From NCBI GenBank assembly GCA_050010515.1, contig JBEKKX010000011.1, forward strand, positions 1-64,000: a DNA stretch of 64,000 nt, written 5' to 3'. This DNA comes from Candidatus Bathyarchaeia archaeon. GTDB lineage: Archaea > Thermoproteota > Bathyarchaeia > Bathyarchaeales > Bathycorpusculaceae. Under the pieces are notes generated by a model. The model had not been told where the DNA came from, did no database searches, and was given only the letters and a program-made list of their open reading frames with translations. Shown piece by piece: positions 38,667 to 48,698 of the stretch. How positions within the stretch are numbered: position 1 is the stretch's first letter; each line of letters opens with the position of its first letter. Made by a program: the position numbers and the translations under genes.

Positions 38667-40031
38667 ATGTCTAAACCAAAAGAATATTCATCGATGACTA
38701 AAGACAAACTGATGACTTACACCTTTTTTGCTGTGCTCATACTTACCGTCGTCACAGCTGCTATTTGGTCAACCGAGACTACCCCCTCAGGCTGGAACTT
38801 GGGGCTTACAGTAGCCATCTGCGCCATAATCTCTGTCGGCATCGCCGTAGGGCTTGACGCTTTGCTGCACAAAGTTGCAGTTGATAGCCCACTTAACCTA
38901 ATGTCTGCCGCTGTTTTCGGCTTCATCGTCACTGACTGCTACACCTTCGGCGTTCCATTTATGCGTACAATCGAACTGTTCCCTCTGGAGGCACCTCAGT
39001 GTTTCGCCTTTGTTGCCCTAATGTCTGCCATAGGTTTGGTCGTTTTCAAAAAAATCGTCGGTCTCTCTGGCAGAAAATACGTTAATCCTGCTGCAGCTGC
39101 AAAACTAGTCGTTATGATACCCTTCATCAACACATTGCTAATAGCAGTTGACCATCTGAAAAACTCTAAACTCGGTGTGCCTTCAATGGCGGGTCCAATC
39201 GGCTTAGCAAATGCAGTAAATCACAACGGTCTGTCTGGATTTGGTGCATATATGATCAGCTGCTTCTCAAACTCCAATCATGCGGTCCCCGCAGCAACAA
39301 CCAACAACTTGCTTACAGCAATGTTTCTAGAGCAGTTCCACAACTGGGCTGGCGGAGCGTCAAGTCTCGCAGTTATCATCGTTGGCATCGGCTTCTTTGT
39401 TGTAGCACGCAAATACGTGAAATGGAGAATAACCCTAAGCTACCTCGTAACCACTGCAGTAATGTCACTGATTCTGTCTTTTGCTTATGGTGACACAGAC
39501 TACCTTGTGCGCCTGCTGTTCCTACTGCTCATCGGAGCCTCGATATTCTTGGCTTTCTTTATGGCAACAGATCCTGCAACGACCCCACTAACCTACACAG
39601 GACAGGTAATTTTCGGATTCGGCGTGGCACTATTGACCGTGCTCATGATAACCTACCTGCAGTTCTTCGGCGCCTCATTTGTAGCGCTAGTCATTATGAA
39701 CTTAACTGTACCAGCGCTTGATAGAGTTGGCAAGCTCAAACCCACCACCGAATCGAAAGAGCGCAAACTGCCTAAAGCCAAAGCATTCGCCCCTGAAAAA
39801 GTCAAAGAATACCAATGCATAAGATGTGGTGCTTGCATGCGTGTATGCTGCCACAATCTCAGCCCGATACTGATTAAGCAAGCGTTTGATAAAATGAACA
39901 TTGATGCCATGAGCAAGCTAAATGCGGATTATTGCACTGGCTGTGGAAGCTGTAGTTTCGTTTGCCCCTCAAGAGTTGACCTGAAAGGTGCTGTGCTCCG
40001 ATCAAAAGCTATGCTGCGACAGCAAGAATAA
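38667..40031 (+). CDS. RnfD/NqrB-like membrane protein fused to an RnfC-like 2x[4Fe-4S] domain
   Basis: KKIVGLSGRKYVNPA, KWRI, FFMATDPATTP, IFGFGV, MNLTVPALD; C-terminal CIRCGACMRVC and CTGCGSCSFVCPS. Confidence 0.82.
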   Translation: MSKPKEYSSMTKDKLMTYTFFAVLILTVVTAAIWSTETTPSGWNLGLTVAICAIISVGIAVGLDALLHKVAVDSPLNLMSAAVFGFIVTDCYTFGVPFMRTIELFPLEAPQCFAFVALMSAIGLVVFKKIVGLSGRKYVNPAAAAKLVVMIPFINTLLIAVDHLKNSKLGVPSMAGPIGLANAVNHNGLSGFGAYMISCFSNSNHAVPAATTNNLLTAMFLEQFHNWAGGASSLAVIIVGIGFFVVARKYVKWRITLSYLVTTAVMSLILSFAYGDTDYLVRLLFLLLIGASIFLAFFMATDPATTPLTYTGQVIFGFGVALLTVLMITYLQFFGASFVALVIMNLTVPALDRVGKLKPTTESKERKLPKAKAFAPEKVKEYQCIRCGACMRVCCHNLSPILIKQAFDKMNIDAMSKLNADYCTGCGSCSFVCPSRVDLKGAVLRSKAMLRQQE

Positions 40032-40232
40032 ACTTCATTTCCTTTATCTTTTCTTTTCTTTTATTTTATACTTTTAACCAAAAGTTCATTTGAAATTAGA
40101 GCTTTTTCAAAGCCTTCTTTTTCTTAATGCTTTTCGATTCTATATTTTTAGTCTTTGAAACTTTTGCATATCAAGCTTTCAAGCATTAAGCTTATAAACA
40201 TGCCACCACGTAAATAAGTCAAGGGATAAAAA

Positions 40233-40898
40233 TTGGAAACTGAAAAATTTAAACTAATTGACGTATTCTACGGTGTAATCATACCACTTATTCTAGTGCT
40301 ACTAATCTTCTTTCTCGCAATCTATGTCAACGTCAGCGGGACTCACCATATAATCGGAGCTACTAATGTAATCGCTATCATTCTAACCTCTGGCTTTGCT
40401 CAAATGATCGTTCTCGGCATCCCACTAGTGCTAGGCTTACTATGGAACAAATGGGCTGGCGGCGCAGCAGGCTTTATCACGGGCGGCCTCTATTACGTAG
40501 CCAGCGCAGGGCTTTACACAGGGTATTATGAAACTTCCTCCGGGCATTACAACTTCTTCGGCGACATGAGCATGCTAGGATACCTCGTTATGGCTGTTAT
40601 CATCGGCTACATGGCGGGAGCATTGTGCAATAAATCAACGAATTTCAAACGAATGCTAGGAGCAGGCATGACAGCTGCGGTGATAACTGCATTAATCCAA
40701 GCTTATCTCAACTACACTGTTTCACTTAAGCCAGCGATGACTATGAACCATAATATGTGGGCAAGCACATCATATCTAGGGATAGCTGGAGTGTATGGCT
40801 TCGTGTTGCAATTCATTCCCAACATTGCTTTAGGCATAATAGTACCTATTATTGCTAAAGTAATGACCTGGTATGGGCTTCAGCCGATGAGGCACTAA
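40233..40898 (+). CDS. membrane protein, possible ECF-type substrate-binding (S) component
   Basis: About 6 TM helices, 221 aa, GLLWNKWAGGAAGFITG motif. Confidence 0.5.
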   Translation: METEKFKLIDVFYGVIIPLILVLLIFFLAIYVNVSGTHHIIGATNVIAIILTSGFAQMIVLGIPLVLGLLWNKWAGGAAGFITGGLYYVASAGLYTGYYETSSGHYNFFGDMSMLGYLVMAVIIGYMAGALCNKSTNFKRMLGAGMTAAVITALIQAYLNYTVSLKPAMTMNHNMWASTSYLGIAGVYGFVLQFIPNIALGIIVPIIAKVMTWYGLQPMRH

Positions 40899-41233
40899 TA
40901 AGATCCCAATCTCTTTTCTTTTTTAATCCCATTTTCTGGTTGTAATTTCCAGTTTCAAATTACACGCTTTGCTTCATATTAGCATACAAGTCCTTGCTTG
41001 TTACTGTAGTCTCTCTTGCAATTAGGCTCATGTACCTGTAGCCGCTTAGTTTTCACTGTATAGGCAGGAAGGGGTCGGGTCAATTTTGCTAGCGAAAACT
41101 TGTAGTTAAATGAGGGGGAGGGGTAGGCTATTTTTAGCCAGTGAAACTAATCTAAAAGGGTACCGGTAGGTAGGTGCAATTTTTGCTTTGAAAATGAGGG
41201 TATCTCTAAGGAATCTGTTTTTAAAATAAACTT

Positions 41234-41351
41234 AGAGGTGTGCACAATTCCATTTTTTAGTAATTTATTGAGATTTTCCTGTCAAAAGGGTGTTTTGCAT
41301 CAGACGAGTTACTCGCCAAAAGATAAACGAAATCGAATAGTGCACACCCCT
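41234..41351. mobile_element. MITE (118 bp) with 22-bp imperfect TIRs and 10-bp target-site duplication
   Basis: Left end AGAGGTGTGCACAATTCCATTT versus reverse complement of right end AGGGGTGTGCACTATTCGATTT (19/22). AAATAAACTT flanks both sides (41224-41233 and 41352-41361). Confidence 0.8.
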
Positions 41352-41388
41352 AAATAAACTTTGTATGCAGTTGAGATTTGAAAAAAAA

Positions 41389-42690
41389 TTAAGTTTGGTT
41401 AGGCGCGAATTCCCAAGCGATATTTCCTTTCCAAATCTCACCTAACTTTGTTATTCTTATCTCTTTGTCGTCAATTTCAATTAGTCCCTTTTCTTTTAGC
41501 TTTTGAAGTTGTTTTGGAAAGACTTTCTCTGGTGTGGTGCCGAATTTCTGCATAAATTCTTTTTTGCTAACTGGCAATCGTAGGTATAATCGGGTCATTG
41601 TCCGTCTCATCATGTCTTCAGTCGTTGACTCTGAAAGTCTACTTATGGGTAGTTTCCCTGCTTTTACAGTTGTCATGTAGTCGTTTATGTTTTCAATGTT
41701 GGAGTAAGAAAACCGTTGGAGGTACCCCATGAAGCAGCCCGCGCCCGTTGTCAGTATGCCTCCCCATGGCCAACCGTTGAGGCAGTTCTCTCGCATATGC
41801 CATTCTACTCTACTAAAGCGGTCATGACCTACTGCCTTGTAGCCTGCTTCAGTCAGCATTTTATAGCCTATCATGTACATTTGCTTTTCATATTCTGCAT
41901 CGCCAGTCGGCGGAGAAACTCCTGTTCTAATCATTTTTTCAAGTACTGTACCTGGATCCACATGTAACGAGTAGGTATCCACTTCTACGTCAAGTTCAAT
42001 CGTCTTCTTTAGTGTATTAATCCAGCTTTCCATTGTCTGCCCTGGAAGATTGTACATGAGGTCCACGCATACGCACAAGTTCAGTTTTCGTGCATGCCGA
42101 ACCGCTTTTTCTACGTCAGCTGCAGTATCGGGTAAACAAAGCATTTTTCGTAGTCTGTCGTCAAATGTTTGCGCCCCCATATCCACTTGGTACACGCCGT
42201 ACTCGGCGAGTTTGTCAATTTTTTTAAGCGCGAGCGTCTTTGAGGAACCAGTTACTTTGATAAAATATTCCTTGTTAATGTTGAATCTTGCTTTGCAGAA
42301 GTCTATGAGGTCAATCATCTGCTCAGCAGCCAAGACGCTGGGTGTTCCACCCCCTAGTACTATTTCGTCAAATACGCTTGTTTGCACATATTTGGTTTTG
42401 GCGTACATTTCAAGCTCTTTCTTAACGAGTTCAAGATACGGCTCTATCTTTACCTTGCTTGTGGCGGTGGTTGGAAAATAGCAGAAAGCGCATCTTGAAT
42501 CGCAAACAGAAATCCAAGGTTGAAGCTCCATCAATCTGCCTGAAGTATTCTCAGTGGTCAAGAACTCCATAAAAGATGTAAACGTTCCAGGTTTAATGTC
42601 AGGGTAATCCCTGTAGGTGTAGGGCGGCCAGTTTTCCCGTGAATTGTAAACCTCTGACTTGCCTTTTTCAACCTCAGAGTTTTTTTCCAT
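41389..42690 (-). CDS. HemN-like (class C-type) radical SAM protein
   Basis: CDSRCAFC, LGGGTPS, MGAQTFDD, DLMYNLPGQT, GAG and HemN_C-like end. Start placed at MEKNSE. Confidence 0.85.
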   Translation of the reverse strand: MEKNSEVEKGKSEVYNSRENWPPYTYRDYPDIKPGTFTSFMEFLTTENTSGRLMELQPWISVCDSRCAFCYFPTTATSKVKIEPYLELVKKELEMYAKTKYVQTSVFDEIVLGGGTPSVLAAEQMIDLIDFCKARFNINKEYFIKVTGSSKTLALKKIDKLAEYGVYQVDMGAQTFDDRLRKMLCLPDTAADVEKAVRHARKLNLCVCVDLMYNLPGQTMESWINTLKKTIELDVEVDTYSLHVDPGTVLEKMIRTGVSPPTGDAEYEKQMYMIGYKMLTEAGYKAVGHDRFSRVEWHMRENCLNGWPWGGILTTGAGCFMGYLQRFSYSNIENINDYMTTVKAGKLPISRLSESTTEDMMRRTMTRLYLRLPVSKKEFMQKFGTTPEKVFPKQLQKLKEKGLIEIDDKEIRITKLGEIWKGNIAWEFAPNQT

Positions 42691-42851
42691 CAAAGTCCCC
42701 TTGATTGTGTTTTTAAAACGGTTTGATAACATAATAAAGATTACGTTAAAAAGCCAAATTAACTAAGAAATACGTAGTTTACATCCTTAGTTATTCAATT
42801 GGTTTTTCAAAAGGATGACATATTTTTTCTTTAAAATGAAGCTTTCTTATT

Positions 42852-42933
42852 AGCGCTTTTTGGGGGTTCTAGGCATAACTTTATATGCAAACCCACTGAA
42901 AATGCTCTCTATAAAATTTAGGAGACAAGAAAA
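42852..42933 (+). promoter_or_regulatory. putative archaeal promoter and RBS, homologous to 45738..45821
   Basis: AGCGCTTTTT, then TATA-like TTTATATG (42880-42887), then ATAAAATTTAGGAGA. Confidence 0.5.
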
Positions 42934-45630
42934 ATGCAAATTGTTAAAAGTAAAACTGTAGCTATTGCTATTGCTTTATTCTTAATGTTTTCAATGTCAG
43001 CTTCAATGATGCTAATACCAAACGCTAGTGCACATACACCTGCATGGCAGATTCCAACATACGCCTACATTAATGTGGCACCTAACCCAGTAGGGGTAGG
43101 TCAAAGAACATCCATCGATATGTGGCTCAGCAGGGTACTACCTGGAGCAGAACCAGGCAATGACATTCGCTGGCAAAACTACGAGCTCACCATTACATCT
43201 CCTACCGGTACAGTTACAACAACGACTTTTGCCACCGTTTCAGACCCAACAGCAAATCAGGACTATTACTTCACTCCTACCCAAGTCGGCACCTACACGC
43301 TTAACTTTACTTTCCCAGGGCAAAAATACAATTGGCCCCTCTCCCCGGGCTTCTTCGGTCCTCCTTCGCCAAGTCCATACATAGGCGATACTTATCTGCC
43401 CTGTTCAGCGTCAACAACACTCACTGTTCAGTCGTCACAATTATCTTCAATTCCGTCAACTCCGCTTCCGACAGCTTACTGGACGCGCCCAATATACGGG
43501 GAAAACTCTAACTGGTGGACAATTTCGTCAAACTGGCTGGGCACAGGTTCACCAGGCTACTCAAGTGGAATGTCTGGTGGCACTGTTCAACCCTATGATG
43601 TAGGGTCTCTAACTAGCCATATTATGTGGACAACGCCGCTGCAAAGTGGAGGAGTGGTCGGAGGAAACAACTTCGTCATTCAGGGAGACACATACGCCGA
43701 AGGAAGCGCATACGCCACTAGATACACCAATCCAATAATAATTGACGGAATGCTAATCTACACGGAACCATTATCATTCGCGGACGACACTGGTGGACCA
43801 ACCGTCTGCGTTAACCTGCAGACAGGACAGCAAATCTGGAGCAGCACCACTATGCCTGCGCCATCATTCGGCTACATATACGACATGCAAGACCCCAACG
43901 AGCACGGAGTTTGGCCGCCGATTTTAGTTACAACTGTCGGCGGATCCTTCTTAGGGCCTCCAGTGCCTTTGAAATGGATGTGCTATGATGCAGACACAGG
44001 AACGCCGCTGTTCAACGTAACTAATGTTCCCGCGGGCACAGCACTCATGGGTCCGGAAGGTGAATACTTGATAGTTAGCCTAGTAAACCTCGCACCAACT
44101 ACAACGACTATGACTCCTTACGGCCCGGTAACTACTCAAACAGGACCTAATCAATACTATCTGCAAGAATGGAACTCGTCAAGACTGTGGGACGATGAAT
44201 ACTCAGGCCCTTCAACAACTCCTTCTGTAGTTCCACCGATAACTGACGGAAGCAATCCAACCTTACTTGACTGGAACGTTTCAGTGCCTTCACTTAACAC
44301 ACTAACAGCAACACCCACTATTGAGAGCGCTTTCTACAACGATATGGCGATCGTAGAGGCTGGTACAATGCCAAATGCCGGCAACAATGTTTTCGGATCA
44401 CCATCATGGACTCCCTACACCTACGTTGGCATAAACCTCAACTCAACAAGCGGTACAATCGGTACTAAACTATGGACGAATACGGTTAACGCGCCAGCTG
44501 GAAACTTGACTGTCTCATACGAGGGAGCCGACCCAACAGCTAACGGCGGCGCCGGTGTCTTCGTTGAATACTACACTGAATCAATGCAGTTCGTAGGGTA
44601 CAGCATGAGTACAGGCCAGCGAATTTGGGGTCCAACATCAACTGAAGCAGCTTTAAACTTCTTCTCGACGGGATGGACCGGTCAGGGACCAACGTTGGCT
44701 TACGGTAAACTTTACACAGGCGGTATGAGCGGAATAGTCTACTGTTACAGTTTAACAAATGGAAACCTGCTTTGGACATACGGCAACGGCGGCTCAGGCA
44801 ACAGCACTAACGCTGGCCTTAACTGGGCTACGAATTATCCGACTTACATATCTGCTATAGCCAACGGAATAGTATACATGGTCACTGGTGAGCACACTTT
44901 TGAAACACCAATCTACAAGGGTGCATTAACGCGCGCCATTAACGCTACAACCGGACAACAAATCTGGACGCTTTCAAATGCCAACGCCGCTTCCACAGCA
45001 TATGCCATGGCAGACGGGTACAACACATTCTTCAACGGCTACGATAACCAAATCTACGTTGTCGGCAGAGGACCCAGCGCTACTACAGTACAGGCGCCAC
45101 TGATTGGTATCACAGCAGGACACAGCGTTACTATTCAGGGTACAGTGATGGATATTTCCGTTGGCACAAAGCAAACTGAGCAGGCAGCTGATTTTCCAAA
45201 TGGTGTTCCATGCGCATCCGATGCTAGCATGACGGCTTGGATGGGCTACGTTTACCAGCAACAACCATGCCCAACCAACTTTACAGGCGTTACAGTTTCA
45301 ATAGACGCTATTGACCCGAACGGCAACTTCATCCACATAGGGACCGCGACGACCGATGGAAACGGCTTATTCAGCTACTCATGGCAGACTCCAAACGTTC
45401 CAGGCAAATACGTAATCACCGCCACGTTCGCTGGCACCAACGGTTACTGGGGATCAAACGCACAAACCGCCATGACCGTGGAATCAGCACCTTCAGCTAC
45501 TGCGGCACCTACAGCTACTCCGACATCTGTCGCTGACTTGTACTTTGTTCCTGCAATCGCTGGCCTATTCGTTCTAATCATCGTAATAGGCATTGTATTA
45601 GCTTTGTTGATGCTTAGGAAACGACCATAG
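42934..45630 (+). CDS. secreted, C-terminally anchored PQQ-like beta-propeller/Ig-like surface protein A
   Basis: Signal peptide, PNPVGVGQ Ig-like domain, TGQQIW and GNLLWTY blades, PT linker, TM helix, RKRP end. Confidence 0.8.
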   Translation: MQIVKSKTVAIAIALFLMFSMSASMMLIPNASAHTPAWQIPTYAYINVAPNPVGVGQRTSIDMWLSRVLPGAEPGNDIRWQNYELTITSPTGTVTTTTFATVSDPTANQDYYFTPTQVGTYTLNFTFPGQKYNWPLSPGFFGPPSPSPYIGDTYLPCSASTTLTVQSSQLSSIPSTPLPTAYWTRPIYGENSNWWTISSNWLGTGSPGYSSGMSGGTVQPYDVGSLTSHIMWTTPLQSGGVVGGNNFVIQGDTYAEGSAYATRYTNPIIIDGMLIYTEPLSFADDTGGPTVCVNLQTGQQIWSSTTMPAPSFGYIYDMQDPNEHGVWPPILVTTVGGSFLGPPVPLKWMCYDADTGTPLFNVTNVPAGTALMGPEGEYLIVSLVNLAPTTTTMTPYGPVTTQTGPNQYYLQEWNSSRLWDDEYSGPSTTPSVVPPITDGSNPTLLDWNVSVPSLNTLTATPTIESAFYNDMAIVEAGTMPNAGNNVFGSPSWTPYTYVGINLNSTSGTIGTKLWTNTVNAPAGNLTVSYEGADPTANGGAGVFVEYYTESMQFVGYSMSTGQRIWGPTSTEAALNFFSTGWTGQGPTLAYGKLYTGGMSGIVYCYSLTNGNLLWTYGNGGSGNSTNAGLNWATNYPTYISAIANGIVYMVTGEHTFETPIYKGALTRAINATTGQQIWTLSNANAASTAYAMADGYNTFFNGYDNQIYVVGRGPSATTVQAPLIGITAGHSVTIQGTVMDISVGTKQTEQAADFPNGVPCASDASMTAWMGYVYQQQPCPTNFTGVTVSIDAIDPNGNFIHIGTATTDGNGLFSYSWQTPNVPGKYVITATFAGTNGYWGSNAQTAMTVESAPSATAAPTATPTSVADLYFVPAIAGLFVLIIVIGIVLALLMLRKRP

Positions 45631-45642
45631 CTTCGCTTCATA

Positions 45643-45672
45643 GCTCTTTATCTTTCCCCTTTTTTTGTTTTT
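45643..45672 (+). terminator. oligo-T archaeal terminator-like tract
   Basis: Pyrimidine/T run directly after the stop codon at 45630. Confidence 0.45.
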
Positions 45673-45737
45673 TAAAAAAACACATGCTTTTTTGAAGAAT
45701 TCAAATTAAAAAACGTCCTTTTTATTTTTTTAAATCG

Positions 45738-45821
45738 AGCGCTTTTTTTGGAGGTAGCCAGATAGCTTTATAAATAAATTCAGGGATAACCTTTAACATA
45801 AAATTTAAGGAGAAAAGAAAA
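45738..45821 (+). promoter_or_regulatory. putative archaeal promoter and RBS, homologous to 42852..42933
   Basis: AGCGCTTTTT, then TTTATAAA (45767-45774), then ATAAAATTTAAGGAGA. Confidence 0.5.
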
Positions 45822-48572
45822 ATGCAAATTTCTAAAAGTAAAACTGCAACTATTGCGATTGCTATATTCTTAATGTTTTCAATGACAGCTTCAATGATGC
45901 TAGTGCCAACTGCTAAAGCAGCTACCGCCCTGACCATTAAAGATTACGCCTACATTAGCGTTTCAACTAACCCAGTCGGTGTAGGTCAATCATTGGAAGT
46001 TATCATGTGGATGAACCAGATAATATTCGGCGCAGATCCTCTCAACAACATCCGATTCCAAGGCTACAAACTTATCGTAACGGCACCTGACGGCGCAAAC
46101 ACTTCAGAGCCGTTGCCTGCAGTTACGTCGGATCCAACATCAGCACTAGACTATTCGTTCACTCCAACAACTGTCGGCACGTACACTCTCACCTTTATAT
46201 TCCCAGGTCAAACCTACACCTACCCAGAACAGATGACCATATTCGGACCCAACACTGCATACTTAGGGGCATATTACGAGCCCGCCGCTGCGTCAACGAC
46301 GCTTACTGTTCAATCAACGCCAATATCCGCAATACCGGCAACTCCGCTTCCGACTGCATATTGGACTCGACCAATTTACGGTGAAAACTCTAACTGGTAC
46401 ACGATTTCATCAAACTGGCTAGGTCTAGGTTCGCCCGGCTATAGTGGCATCGGCAACTCGCCCAATTTGGGAGCCAACGAGGAACAGTTCCCAACGCAAG
46501 ATGTAGGGCCTCTAACTGCTCATATCATGTGGACTAAGCCTCTTCAAAGCGGCGGAATCGTCGGCGGAAACAACTTTGTCATACAAGGAGACAGTTACTT
46601 CGAGGGGTCCGCATACGAACAAAGATTCGACAATCCGCTAATTCTCGACGGAATGCTCTACTACACTGAACCAATCAGTACCACTGAACCCTCAAGTGGA
46701 CCAACCGTCTGCGTTGACCTGCAAACAGGACAGCAAATTTGGAGTAGCACTGCTGTACCAGCACTATCATTCGGCTACATATACGACGCTCAAGACCCCA
46801 ACGAACACGGAGTTTGGCCACCGATGCTTGTTGCAACAGAAGGCTCTACTTGGCAGGTTTATGATGCCGACACAGGAGACCCACTGTTCAACGTAACCAA
46901 CGTTCCCTCAGGCGTAACACTACTAGGTCCGGAAGGTGAATACCTGGTGGTTAGCCTAGTAAACCTAGGGCCAACGACAATGACACCCTATGGTCCAGTT
47001 CCCTCCGGTCCTGCAAGCTGGTATCTGCAAGAGTGGAATTCGTCTAGACTTTGGGACAATCTATACTCTGGTCCATCAACAACGCCAGATATTCCTCCGC
47101 CGATAAGTGAAGGTCAAATCGCTTGCAACGCTCAGGGCGTTCCTACCGGTCAAACCGTAGATGCAACTTGGACAGGCGGCTATATCTTATACGAAGGGGC
47201 ACCTACGTACGTTTCTAGCATGTATGACTTTAACGTTTCAGTGCCGGTGCTCAACGGGCTTTCCGTAACTGACGTTGGAGCTATCCTTGGTGATGAATTG
47301 CTTTGCTACTCTGGCAGTCTGCCCTCAGAGGGCGCTGATCTCTTCTTCGGTTCACCAAGCGCGACTCCCTACACATACTATGGTATCAACCTCAACGCAA
47401 CTGTCGGTTCAGTGGGTGAGAAGTTATGGTCGAATACACTACAACCGCCAGCAGGCAACATCACCGTCATAGAAGCCGGAATCGACCCAGTGAACAATGT
47501 CTTCGTTGAAGAATACAGGGAAACTATGCAGTTTGTCGGGTACAGTTTGTCTACAGGCGGTAAACTTTGGGGTCCAACTCCAGAACAAGCGTCACTTGAC
47601 TACTATGGCAGCCCAGGGTCAGGCAGTTTAGCTGATGCAATAGATTACGGCAAAATCTACAGCAGTGCATACGCAGGATTACTCTACTGTTATGATACGA
47701 AAACTGGGGACCTATTGTGGACCTTTGGTAACGGCGGCGCAGGCAACAGTACAAATTCTGGTGTTGAAAGTCCCTTCGGTAATTATCCAACCTTCGTAAA
47801 CGCTATTGGCAACGGAGTAGTATACCTTGTCACCACCGAGCACACTATTGAAACGCCAATTTTCAAGGGTGCATTAGTACGTGCTGTCAATGCAACAACC
47901 GGACAACAAATCTGGGCTCTTTCAGATTACACAGGCGAATTCTTGTCTGACAGCTTTGCCATGGCGGACGGCTACGCAACATTCTTTAACGGTTACGACA
48001 ACCAAATCTACGTTGTAGGCAGAGGACCAAGCCAAACCACAGTCGGCGTTCAACCCTATGGCTCAGATGTAGTGATTAGCGGTACAGTGATGGATATTTC
48101 TGCTGGCACAAAGCAAACGGAGCAGGCAGGTGACTTTCCAAACGGTGTTCCATGCGCATCTGATGCAAGCATGAGCGCGTGGATGGGTTACGTTTACCAG
48201 CAGCAACCAGAACCGACCAACTTTAACGGTGTACAAGTGCAAATAGCCGTTTTAGACTCTAACGGCAACCATTATCCCATCGGCACAGTCACAACCGACG
48301 CAAGCGGCAGCTACAGCCTAACATGGGCACCGACCATACCGGGCAACTTCACAGTCTACGCTACTTTCGATGGCAACAACGGCTACTGGCCATCGTACGC
48401 TGAAGGACACTTCTATGCTAGCCCATCAGCACCAACAGCAGCACCGACAGCTTCACCGGTTACAGGCTTGGCATCGACAGCGACCGTAGAGTTAGGAGTA
48501 GTAGCAATAATAATCGTAATAATCATAATCGGCGCTTTGATTCTGCTGATGCTCAATAGAAAACGACCATAA
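45822..48572 (+). CDS. secreted, C-terminally anchored PQQ-like beta-propeller/Ig-like surface protein B
   Basis: Tandem paralog of 42934..45630. Shares PLPTAYWTRPIYGEN, FPNGVPCASDASM and the RKRP end. Confidence 0.8.
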   Translation: MQISKSKTATIAIAIFLMFSMTASMMLVPTAKAATALTIKDYAYISVSTNPVGVGQSLEVIMWMNQIIFGADPLNNIRFQGYKLIVTAPDGANTSEPLPAVTSDPTSALDYSFTPTTVGTYTLTFIFPGQTYTYPEQMTIFGPNTAYLGAYYEPAAASTTLTVQSTPISAIPATPLPTAYWTRPIYGENSNWYTISSNWLGLGSPGYSGIGNSPNLGANEEQFPTQDVGPLTAHIMWTKPLQSGGIVGGNNFVIQGDSYFEGSAYEQRFDNPLILDGMLYYTEPISTTEPSSGPTVCVDLQTGQQIWSSTAVPALSFGYIYDAQDPNEHGVWPPMLVATEGSTWQVYDADTGDPLFNVTNVPSGVTLLGPEGEYLVVSLVNLGPTTMTPYGPVPSGPASWYLQEWNSSRLWDNLYSGPSTTPDIPPPISEGQIACNAQGVPTGQTVDATWTGGYILYEGAPTYVSSMYDFNVSVPVLNGLSVTDVGAILGDELLCYSGSLPSEGADLFFGSPSATPYTYYGINLNATVGSVGEKLWSNTLQPPAGNITVIEAGIDPVNNVFVEEYRETMQFVGYSLSTGGKLWGPTPEQASLDYYGSPGSGSLADAIDYGKIYSSAYAGLLYCYDTKTGDLLWTFGNGGAGNSTNSGVESPFGNYPTFVNAIGNGVVYLVTTEHTIETPIFKGALVRAVNATTGQQIWALSDYTGEFLSDSFAMADGYATFFNGYDNQIYVVGRGPSQTTVGVQPYGSDVVISGTVMDISAGTKQTEQAGDFPNGVPCASDASMSAWMGYVYQQQPEPTNFNGVQVQIAVLDSNGNHYPIGTVTTDASGSYSLTWAPTIPGNFTVYATFDGNNGYWPSYAEGHFYASPSAPTAAPTASPVTGLASTATVELGVVAIIIVIIIIGALILLMLNRKRP

Positions 48573-48698
48573 AAATTGGTAACCAAATAAACAACCAACC
48601 TCTTTTTTTTATTTTATATATCTAAGTAAGTAACTGAAAAAGTTCTGTTATCTTTATCTACGAAAATAGTAATTGAATTTGAATCAAAAAATTTCTAA

